Below, piece by piece: positions 56,212-64,000 of a DNA stretch of 64,000 bases; position 1 is the stretch's first letter, and every line of letters starts with the position of its first letter. Under the pieces are notes generated by a model. The model made no database searches and was not told where the DNA came from. It was given only the letters and a program-made list of their open reading frames with translations. This DNA is from a bacterium (GTDB lineage Bacteria > Patescibacteriota > Minisyncoccia > Phycocordibacterales > UBA2100), in the NCBI GenBank assembly GCA_030674455.1, contig JAUSGQ010000002.1:6207-70206 (forward strand), written 5' to 3'. Made by a program: the position numbers and the translations under genes.

Positions 56212-57230
56212 TTAACAAGGAAATGCATCTTCGGGAGGACTTGTTTTCCGCCAAAGGCGGATCCGCCTCCGGCGGAGATGGTCCAACTATGGTGCCCACA
56301 CGCAACGGATTTGGCAAAGGCGTTGTGGAGGCAGGCCGCGCCGATGTGCGCGTCGTCGTCCTTTCCGCTGATTTGGCGGAATCAACCAGAGCGGACGCGT
56401 TTCAGAAAGAGTTTCCGGAACGGTTTGTAGAAGTAGGAGTAGCCGAGCAAAATATGGCTACTGTGGCGGCCGGAATGGCGGCCTTTGGCAAAATACCCTT
56501 TATCACTTCATACGCGACATTCTCCCCGGGGCGCAATTGGGAGCAGATTCGTACGACTGCCGCCATCAACAATATGCCGGTGAAAGTGTGCGGGATGCAC
56601 GCGGGGCTTCTCACGGGTCCTGACGGCGCGACCCATCAGGCGCTTGAAGACATCGCGCTAATGCGCGCCATGCCGAACATGATTGTCATTTCGCCGTGCG
56701 ACGCAGAGGAAGGGCGCAGAGCTACTCTTGCGGCGGCAAAAACCGGCACACCGGTGTATCTGCGTTTTGGGCGCGACAAAACGCCGGTCATGACTACGCC
56801 GGAAACGCCGTTTGAGATAGGCAAGGCGCAAGTGTTCTGGAAAAGCAACAATCCGAAAGTTGCTGTGTTCGCGACAGGGCATCTTGTACACAGCGCGCTT
56901 CTCGCGGCGCGCGAGCTAGAAGGAAAGGGAATTGGCACCGCTGTCGTAAATGTTCATACCATAAAGCCGTTGGACAAAGACCTGATTGTTTCGCTCGCGC
57001 GCGAAACAGGATCCGTAGTTACCGTGGAGGAACACCAAATAGCAGGCGGACTTGGCGGAGCTATCGCGGAACTTCTCGCGCAAGAATGTCCTACGCCAAT
57101 AGAATTTGTCGGCGTACAAGACAAATTCGGGCAATCAGGCGAACCAAAGGAGTTGTTAGAGGCTTACGGTCTTGGCGTTTCCCACATCATCGAGGCTATA
57201 AAAAAAGCCCTTGCAAGAAGAGGCATCTAA
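56208..57230 (+). CDS. Transketolase C-terminal subunit
   Basis: ADLAEST, GVAEQNM, GPDGATHQ, TIKPLD, EEH...GGLG. Confidence 0.93.
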   Translation: MINKEMHLREDLFSAKGGSASGGDGPTMVPTRNGFGKGVVEAGRADVRVVVLSADLAESTRADAFQKEFPERFVEVGVAEQNMATVAAGMAAFGKIPFITSYATFSPGRNWEQIRTTAAINNMPVKVCGMHAGLLTGPDGATHQALEDIALMRAMPNMIVISPCDAEEGRRATLAAAKTGTPVYLRFGRDKTPVMTTPETPFEIGKAQVFWKSNNPKVAVFATGHLVHSALLAARELEGKGIGTAVVNVHTIKPLDKDLIVSLARETGSVVTVEEHQIAGGLGGAIAELLAQECPTPIEFVGVQDKFGQSGEPKELLEAYGLGVSHIIEAIKKALARRGI

Positions 57231-57350
57231 TAACCTACTAACCCAGTTGTAATTAATCAATTTGTCTTCAAATGTATACCATGGTATCAAATAGGAGACA
57301 TTTTCAAGGGAGAGGTGTGGTAAATGTGTATCGTGCGGGCGGAGAAAGGT

Positions 57351-58337
57351 CTAGATCTCAGTCATTTGGAAATCGTTCGGTTTTTTTGCGTACAACTCTT
57401 CGACTTGTTTATCCGTTAGAAGGCCGGCTTGGGCGCCGACTCCTTGCACTACTGCCGAGGCGTTTATCATCCCGCGCAAAAGCGCTTCCTTTGGCTCTAG
57501 TCCTTTGATTATGTATGCCACTGTCGTTGACGCGGTCGCGTCTCCAGCGCCAGTGCGATTGACCGGCGGTTTCGGGTCTGGGTACATCGGCGCGCGGTAC
57601 GCGCCTGAATCATCCATAATATAAGCCCCGTTTTGGCCATCGGTTATGACTGCGATTTTCGGCCCAAGCTCGCGCACGCTTGCAAGCAGTTTCTTCACGT
57701 CGCTCTCTTTCGTGCCGAGGATTTGCTGGGCTTCTTCTTTGTTGCAGAAAAATATTTCCGACACGGCGTAGATGTCTTTTAATTCCTCGAGCTTCGAGCG
57801 TATCTGAAATGTGCCGGGCTGAAACGCGAGCTTGACGCCGTTTTCTTTAACATACCGCGCGATGTCGCGCTGCATGTCGTAAGTGCCTTCCGCGAGCGAT
57901 GTGAGGTAAATCCATTTCGGCGGTTCGTCGAAGTTCGGAAGCGAACGCTCGAACAGTTCGTGCTTGATGAGTATCGTACGCTCGGCCTCGTATTGGAGGA
58001 CGTAGTGATAGTTGGTTTTCTGTCCCGCGTGAACTCCGACGTACTCGGTCGCCACATTCGCGGCCTTGAGCGCGTCCATGCACGTTTTACCGTTTAGGTC
58101 ATCGCCGAGCTCGGTTGCGACCGCGCTTTTCAATCCCAACTTCGCGGCCGCGACAGATGCGTTCGGACCGTTGCCGACAGCCGGCACCTCGGTTGCCGAT
58201 TCGAAAGGGATTTTCTGCCCGAACTTCACACACAGCAAACAATTCTCATGGTCGAGGTCGCATTCCACCTTCGCTTCTTTCAGCTTTATAAAACAGTCTG
58301 TCACTATGTCGCCGAATGCTACGAAGTCGTATTTCAT
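57351..58337 (-). CDS. PfkB family carbohydrate kinase
   Basis: GNGPNA, NKEE, TDGQNG, NRTGAGD. Confidence 0.9.
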   Translation of the reverse strand: MKYDFVAFGDIVTDCFIKLKEAKVECDLDHENCLLCVKFGQKIPFESATEVPAVGNGPNASVAAAKLGLKSAVATELGDDLNGKTCMDALKAANVATEYVGVHAGQKTNYHYVLQYEAERTILIKHELFERSLPNFDEPPKWIYLTSLAEGTYDMQRDIARYVKENGVKLAFQPGTFQIRSKLEELKDIYAVSEIFFCNKEEAQQILGTKESDVKKLLASVRELGPKIAVITDGQNGAYIMDDSGAYRAPMYPDPKPPVNRTGAGDATASTTVAYIIKGLEPKEALLRGMINASAVVQGVGAQAGLLTDKQVEELYAKKPNDFQMTEI

Positions 58338-58488
58338 AGGGACAGTTTACAGTGAACAGTCTACAGTGAACAGGGGGTAACAAGAACAGGAACAAAGGAA
58401 CAGTAATATAAAAAGACGAACCCAGCAAAAGCGGCTAGGTTCGCCTTTCCTTTTGCTTGGTTGAGAAATTCCTGCCGACCCTCGGTTC

Positions 58489-58797
58489 CTAGTACATCAG
58501 CGCCTGATCGTCCAGTTTCGGGCCCGCAACTCTTTTCATGTTTTCGAGCATGATACCGAGCGTTCCTTGTTGGCGCTTAAGAATCTCGCGATCAGAACTG
58601 CTCGGAATCATCCCCCAATTATGGGCGAGTGCAATTTGCTCCATGCTTTGGATCCGGAGAGATTCGGCCAGACCAATATTAAATTCCTTAGCAGCTTTCA
58701 GTGCCAAGCGAAAAAATTGTATTGCGTTTTGCCAGTGTGTCATGATTAGTCCTTGGGTAATGAGCCGAGCGTCCCTCGGCGGGTATTCGTGAATCAA
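58489..58797 (-). CDS. Hypothetical protein
   Basis: 102-aa ORF; start uncertain. Confidence 0.45.
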   Translation of the reverse strand: MIHEYPPRDARLITQGLIMTHWQNAIQFFRLALKAAKEFNIGLAESLRIQSMEQIALAHNWGMIPSSSDREILKRQQGTLGIMLENMKRVAGPKLDDQALMY

Positions 58798-59052
58798 CGT
58801 CCAATTACAAGCCAGCCAGCACTATCGCAAATCAGAGAGAGAGTCAATGGAAAGTGGCAGTCAGTAGTTAGTAGAAAGTAGTCAGTATGATACGAGAGAA
58901 ATCCCCAAGGTTTCACCTCAAATGCAGAATTCCCGAGGAGACACCTTGCAAATGCCAAGGAGTCACCTCGGGAATTCTTTGCAAATTGCAAATTGCCAAA
59001 TTGAGATTTCCCGAGTTTTGCATTTTGGTCTTCCTCGGTTATACTCTCGCCC

Positions 59053-59748
59053 ATGTTAGCGCTTGAAATCAAAGCTCGGGAGCCGAATGAGTCGGTAGAT
59101 GCTCTGCGGAAACGCGGCGCAATTCCCGCTGTTTTCTATGGCCCGAAGGAGGGCGCGACCGCGATTTCCATTGATGCTCTTAAGTTTGGCAGTGTCTGGA
59201 AAGAGGCAGGCGAAACAACGGTGATTCAGCTCAAAGGAATCGGCGACGCAAAAGAAACCCTAATTCACGACGTGCAATTCCACCCTGTCACCAGCGTCCC
59301 GCTACACGCAGATTTCTATGTGCTTGAGAAAGGAAAGAAAATCCGCATTAAAGTTCCACTTAAATTTATCGGCGTTGCGCCAGCTGAAAAAGCGGGAAAT
59401 ATTGTTTCCAAGGTATTGCACGAAATCGAAATTGAAGTGGCACCGGCTGAATTGCCGCACGACTTGCCGGTGGACATCGGAGGCCTTGCGAATGTGGGTG
59501 AGCACATTACCGCGGCTGATATAAAACTTCCTCCGAGCGCTGCGCTTATTACGGCTGCAGGCGATATCGTCGTCACCATCATAGAATTTAAAGAAGAAAA
59601 GATAGAAGAACCGGTAGTAGCGGCAGCGGCAGAAGGCGCTCCAGTTGCGGGAGAGGCCGGAGCGGCTCCAGCCGGAGCGGAAGCGGGGGCGCCAAAAGCA
59701 GGAGCACCGGAAGCAAAGAAAGAGGAGAAGAAGGAAGCGAAGAAGTAG
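59053..59748 (+). CDS. rplY: 50S ribosomal protein L25/Ctc
   Basis: IPAVFYG, VQFHPV...LHADF, Ctc domain and Ala/Glu-rich tail. Confidence 0.93.
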   Translation: MLALEIKAREPNESVDALRKRGAIPAVFYGPKEGATAISIDALKFGSVWKEAGETTVIQLKGIGDAKETLIHDVQFHPVTSVPLHADFYVLEKGKKIRIKVPLKFIGVAPAEKAGNIVSKVLHEIEIEVAPAELPHDLPVDIGGLANVGEHITAADIKLPPSAALITAAGDIVVTIIEFKEEKIEEPVVAAAAEGAPVAGEAGAAPAGAEAGAPKAGAPEAKKEEKKEAKK

Positions 59749-59942
59749 TTCGTAACTACTTTGTTCAGTTCCCGAGGAGACATCTCCCCCTTTGGGTGAG
59801 CCTGCCAGAGGCAGGCAGGCCTCGGGAAATGCGGAATAAATCCTGGATTGCTTCGCTACGCTCGCAACGACGAAAATGCCGGAGAGTCACCTCGGAAACG
59901 CAAAAGGAAGGTAACTCGGACATTCCTTGCTATAATTTCTTA

Positions 59943-61226
59943 ATGTCGCGTTCATTCGTCAGTATTTTTGTTTTGTCTCTTTGCTTTTCTTTGCTCGCGC
60001 CGCTTGCGGCGCGAGCAGATGTCATAGCAAATCAGCGTGCGGAACTGGAGCGCCAACTGCAGCAAATCGAACAGGACATAAAGGCGAGTCAGGGTGTCCT
60101 AGCCGTAAAACAGAAACAGCGCGCTTCTCTTGAGCGCGATGCCGCTATCCTTGATGCAAAAATCCAGGTGGCGAAGCTTGGCATCAAGGCAAGAGATATT
60201 AGGATTCAGAAGATACGAAGCGGTATCAGGGATAAGGAAGACGCTATCAGAATGGTAGATGGCAAGGTCGCCAGCGAGCAGGAATCGCTTGCGCAAATAA
60301 TCAGAAGCACCCGTGCGATAGATGAAACGACGCCCGTAGAGCTCGCGCTCGGCGGTTCTCTTAGCGATGTGTTTAATGACATTGATACGTTCCAGACGAT
60401 TCAGGGCGCTTTAAGTGCATCATTCAAAGAGATGGCCACAACGAGAACCGACCTCTCGGCGAGAAGGAAGGCGCTTGAGGAACAACAGCAGGAAGAGCAA
60501 GATTTGCGACAGATACAGGTGCTCCAGCAAAAGTCTTTGCAGAACGACGAAAAGGAGAAAAAGGATTTGGTTTCAGCAGCGCGCGGCCAGGAGTCGGTAT
60601 ATCTTCAGTTGATTGCCGATAAAGAAAAGAGCGCCGCCCAAATACGCGCCGCTTTGTTCGTACTTCGAGATTCGAAGGCAGTAGCATTCGGCGACATCTT
60701 CTCATATGCGAAAGAGGCATCCATAAAAACAGGCGTGCGCCCGGCGTTTATTCTCGGTGTTCTCTCTGAGGAGAGCAACATGGGACAGAACGTGGGGACG
60801 GGAAATTGGATTACCGACATGCATCCGACGCGCGACCGGCCGGTGTTTGCGACAATTACGGCCGCTCTCGGACTCAATCCCGACACGCTGCCGGTTTCCA
60901 AAAAGCCGTGGTATGGATGGGGTGGGGCAATGGGACCGGCGCAATTTATTCCTTCGACTTGGGTTCTTTACCAGGACAGGATAGCGCGCGCGGCCGGGCA
61001 GAATCCTCCGAATCCTTGGGATGCGCGCACGGCGACATTCGCGGCGGCGCTTCTGCTGATGGACAACGGCGCCGACCAGGGCACGCGCGCCACGGAGCGT
61101 CTCGCGGCGCTCCGCTACCTTGCCGGATGGAAGAATGCCAGCAAGTCTGCGTATGCTTTTTATGGCGATGACGTGATGGAGCTGGCGGATAAGTTCCAAT
61201 CACAGATCGACATCCTGGGTGGTTGA
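59943..61226 (+). CDS. Coiled-coil protein with C-terminal lytic transglycosylase domain
   Basis: Signal peptide, long coiled coil, EES.MG, GAMGPAQFIPSTW. Confidence 0.85.
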   Translation: MSRSFVSIFVLSLCFSLLAPLAARADVIANQRAELERQLQQIEQDIKASQGVLAVKQKQRASLERDAAILDAKIQVAKLGIKARDIRIQKIRSGIRDKEDAIRMVDGKVASEQESLAQIIRSTRAIDETTPVELALGGSLSDVFNDIDTFQTIQGALSASFKEMATTRTDLSARRKALEEQQQEEQDLRQIQVLQQKSLQNDEKEKKDLVSAARGQESVYLQLIADKEKSAAQIRAALFVLRDSKAVAFGDIFSYAKEASIKTGVRPAFILGVLSEESNMGQNVGTGNWITDMHPTRDRPVFATITAALGLNPDTLPVSKKPWYGWGGAMGPAQFIPSTWVLYQDRIARAAGQNPPNPWDARTATFAAALLLMDNGADQGTRATERLAALRYLAGWKNASKSAYAFYGDDVMELADKFQSQIDILGG

Positions 61227-61229
61227 GGT

Positions 61230-62005
61230 TGTACACAAGTCTGACTTGTCGACAAGTCAGACTTGTGTACACTTGTTGTTATATGCGTGTTGAACCATTT
61301 GGCGTGGACTCAATTGTACATGTGGTAAAAAGGGGCGCACGCGGTCTACCAATAACGCGTGATGATGCGGACCGCGGGCGATTTATGAGATTACTCTATT
61401 ATTTGAATGATGAGCATCAAAGCGAATTCTGGGAATTGGACGTTGCGCATCTGCGCGAATTTGAGTGGCCCAAAAGCTGGCCCGAGCGCAAGCCGCTTGT
61501 GCATGTACTCGCATGGACACTGATGCCGAATCATTTTCACCTGCTTTTACAGGAGATACAGGAAGGTGGTGTTTCGCGATTTATGCAACGTCTTTGTGGA
61601 AGCATGTCTCGGCACTTCAATGAGAAATACCAGGAGCACGGAAGTATTTTCCAAGGCGCATACAGAAGTCGCACGATAACCACGGACAGATATTTGCGTT
61701 GGGTTGTTGCATATATTCTTGTGAAAAATGTTTTTGAATTATACCCGGGCGGTTTTAGCAAAGCGTTGAAGGAATTTGAGAAGGCTTGGGAATGGGGAGT
61801 TGGCACCTACAAGTACTCAAGCTTATCCGATTACGCGATTGGCAAGACGACTCCTATTCTTAAGAAAGATCTTACCGAAATGTTCAAAGGACCAGCAGAT
61901 TTCAAGATGTGTGCGCGCGACATGGTCACAAGCCGTTTGGAGGAACTTGCAGGAGTAAATGAAGGAATAGTATTCGAATGATGTCAACACAAGTCAGACT
62001 TGTGT
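61230..62005. mobile_element. RAYT locus with flanking REP palindromes
   Basis: Perfect 42-bp palindrome at 61230-61271 and acacaagtc-a-gacttgtgt at 61987-62005. Confidence 0.85.
61283..61981 (+). CDS. REP-associated tyrosine (Y1 HUH) transposase
   Basis: [15 protein letters not shown] (HUH), [11 protein letters not shown]. Confidence 0.9.
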   Translation: MRVEPFGVDSIVHVVKRGARGLPITRDDADRGRFMRLLYYLNDEHQSEFWELDVAHLREFEWPKSWPERKPLVHVLAWTLMPNHFHLLLQEIQEGGVSRFMQRLCGSMSRHFNEKYQEHGSIFQGAYRSRTITTDRYLRWVVAYILVKNVFELYPGGFSKALKEFEKAWEWGVGTYKYSSLSDYAIGKTTPILKKDLTEMFKGPADFKMCARDMVTSRLEELAGVNEGIVFE

Positions 62006-62049
62006 ATTTGGCTTGTAATAAGCTGAATTATGGAGTATTCTCTACGAAC

Positions 62050-62325
62050 ATGAAAAAGGACATACACCCAAAGGAGTATCGGCAGGTGATTTTCTCGGAC
62101 AGCACGTCCGGAAAGACTTTTTTGATTGGTTCCACCATAAAAACTACAAAAATCGCAAAGTGGACCGATGGCAAGGAATATCCTGTTTTTAACGTCGAAA
62201 TCTCAAGCGCATCGCATCCTTTTTATACCGGACAGTCAAAGACTATTGATACCGCCGGCCGCGTGGAGAAGTTCAAGACGAGAGCCGCTTCGACCAAAGT
62301 TAAGCCAAAAAAGACAGCGAAGTAG
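62050..62325 (+). CDS. rpmE2: 50S ribosomal protein L31 type B
   Basis: [26 protein letters not shown]; no Zn-binding cysteines. Confidence 0.93.
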   Translation: MKKDIHPKEYRQVIFSDSTSGKTFLIGSTIKTTKIAKWTDGKEYPVFNVEISSASHPFYTGQSKTIDTAGRVEKFKTRAASTKVKPKKTAK

Positions 62326-62365
62326 CTTCTACAGTATGGCGCGCACGCAGATGCGTGCGCGCCCG

Positions 62366-62422
62366 TATTCCGTATACTGTATTCTGTATACCGAATACTA
62401 AATACCGAATACTAAATACTAA
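62366..62422. repeat. Heptamer-periodic inverted element (gtattcY opposed to aatacYR)
   Basis: gtattcc gtatact gtattct ... aatacta aataccg aatacta aatacta. Confidence 0.7.
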
Positions 62423-62426
62423 CTAT

Positions 62427-63398
62427 ATGGCTGACGAAAAGCACATAGACCCGAATGACTACGCCGACGACAGGCGGGTTTCCTATTTGGTCGCCGAATG
62501 GAAAAAGCTCACGCAGGCGGAAAAGGATGCCGAGGAGCTTATGGAGGTTGATCCGTCAATGAAAGATTTGGGAGAAAAAGAGCTTGCAGAAATTCAGGAA
62601 CAGAAAGAGCGCCTGATTGGAGACATCGAAAAGATAGTCGGTAATGATTCTGAACGTGAATGGCCGAATGAAGTCGTCTTGGAAGTGCGCGCCGGAGTAG
62701 GAGGAGACGAGGCCTCGCTTTTTGCCGAAGAGCTTGCGCGAATGTATCTGCGATACGCGGAAATCAAGGGATGGAAATGGCGACCGCTTGCTGAATCAGC
62801 AGCCACTGTCGGCGGGTACAAAGAAGCGCAGTTTGAAATAAAAGGGGAGAACTGCTACCGCGAGCTTCGTTTTGAAACCGGTGTTCATCGTGTCCAGCGC
62901 GTACCACTCACGGAAAAGGCGGGGCGCATCCACACCTCGACGGCTTCTGTTGCCGTCCTTCCGATATACAAACGAACGAAAATCCAGATTAATCCTTCCG
63001 ACCTTGAAATGGAAACATCGCGCTCGGGCGGAGCGGGCGGGCAGAACGTCAACAAAGTTGAAACGGCGGTGCGCATCATTCACAAGCCGACGGGGATTGA
63101 CGTCAAATGCACCTCCGAGCGCTCGCAGGCACAGAACAGAGAGAAAGCACTCACGCTTTTGAAAAGCCGCCTTCAGCAGGCCCAAGATGAAGCAGAGGCG
63201 CGTGAACGTGCCGCGGAAAGAAAAGCTCAAATAGGCACAGGCGACCGGTCGGAGAAAATCCGCACATACAATTTCCCTCAAGACCGCGTTACCGACCACC
63301 GAATCAAAGAATCATGGTCAAATCTGGAGGGCATCATGGCGGGGAAAATCGGGGACATTCTCCAAACTTTGGACAAAGCCGAAACGGGCGGGGAATGA
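62427..63398 (+). CDS. prfA: Peptide chain release factor 1 (short form)
   Basis: [10 protein letters not shown] (PxT), [22 protein letters not shown]. Confidence 0.95.
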   Translation: MADEKHIDPNDYADDRRVSYLVAEWKKLTQAEKDAEELMEVDPSMKDLGEKELAEIQEQKERLIGDIEKIVGNDSEREWPNEVVLEVRAGVGGDEASLFAEELARMYLRYAEIKGWKWRPLAESAATVGGYKEAQFEIKGENCYRELRFETGVHRVQRVPLTEKAGRIHTSTASVAVLPIYKRTKIQINPSDLEMETSRSGGAGGQNVNKVETAVRIIHKPTGIDVKCTSERSQAQNREKALTLLKSRLQQAQDEAEARERAAERKAQIGTGDRSEKIRTYNFPQDRVTDHRIKESWSNLEGIMAGKIGDILQTLDKAETGGE

Positions 63399-63409
63399 GT
63401 GATAACATC

Positions 63410-63543
63410 CCGTTTTTGCGACCGCGAGCGAAGCGTGGCGGGAAGCAAACCAGGGCATAACAACGAAGCCAAGACCTGGATTGCTTCGCAGAGCTCGCAA
63501 TGACGCGGTGCCGTATTTCCGAGACAATTATCGCGCAATGACA
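63410..63543. repeat. Intergenic repeat cctggattgcttcgc..gctcgcaaYgacg (also at 59842-59872)
   Basis: ~30-bp motif shared by both sites, with a loosely complementary left arm here. Confidence 0.65.
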
Positions 63544-63584
63544 TGGTGCTTATGCGTAAAATCCAATGCTAGAATGGTCACACA

Positions 63585-64000
63585 ATGGCGCGGCTCACAT
63601 GTCACGGAGGGGCGGGAACGGTGACCGGGGCTAATTTCTTGCTTGATTTTGGAGATTCGCCAGCCGGCAAAAAGATTCTTGTCGATTGCGGTATTCATGA
63701 GCGAGATGAAGCATGCGACCCAAGAAACTATGGTGCATTTCCATACGACCCGAAAACAATAGACGCACTTTTTATCACGCACGCGCATGCAGACCATATA
63801 GGCCGCGTGCCAAAGCTCGTGCGCGACGGATTCAAAGGCGTTATCTATTCTACGCCTGCGACAAAAGAACTTTCGGGGCTCATGTTTGACGATGCGCTGA
63901 ACGTCATGAGGCAAGACTTAAGCATGGAATCGTGCGGAATGTTGTACGAAGAAGCAGATGTCGAGCAAGCGCTTTCTCTATGGCAAACGCACGAGTATCA
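63585..64000 (+). CDS. MBL-fold metallo-hydrolase, beta-CASP RNase type (runs off right edge)
   Basis: Manual translation MARLTCHGGAGTVTGANFL..VDCG..FITHAHADHIGRVP. Confidence 0.88.
   Translation, partial: MARLTCHGGAGTVTGANFLLDFGDSPAGKKILVDCGIHERDEACDPRNYGAFPYDPKTIDALFITHAHADHIGRVPKLVRDGFKGVIYSTPATKELSGLMFDDALNVMRQDLSMESCGMLYEEADVEQALSLWQTHEY

Noticed and set aside
1-64000. Alternative genetic code (UGA=Gly)
   Set aside because: Conserved genes are full-length in the standard code, several end at TGA, and RF2 is present

Overview
Bacterial chromosome segment in the standard genetic code (TGA acts as a stop, with several ATGA overlaps). Gene content and style suggest a Patescibacteria/CPR (Parcubacteria-like) organism: short RF1/RF2, CBS-less GuaB, split transketolase, many leaderless-looking starts. 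That assignment is an inference. The window holds housekeeping and biosynthetic genes (purT/purN, thrA, murD/murC, FMN-riboswitch-led rib operon, prfB, ftsEX, pyrG, guaB, proCAB, a gap-rpiB-rpe-aroQ-aroE-DAHP synthase-aroB-tkt cluster, rplY, rpmE2, prfA), three tRNAs and two probable toxin-antitoxin pairs. A cobalamin riboswitch precedes two DUF4430 (transcobalamin-like) exported proteins. The most striking signal is a dense set of short palindromic element families. They insert in-frame into enzymes, into both riboswitches and into a tRNA stub. Several families bracket a small gene (RAYT transposase, four-helix-bundle protein, ArsR-like HTH) and also occur as gene-less copies. Other oddities are a synonymously recoded gap 5' stub, a long inverted repeat with a covarying hairpin around a TA module, a candidate stand-alone ncRNA and a putative ADP-ribosyltransferase-fold gene next to tRNA-Leu. 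All calls come from reading motifs by eye; no database searches were run.
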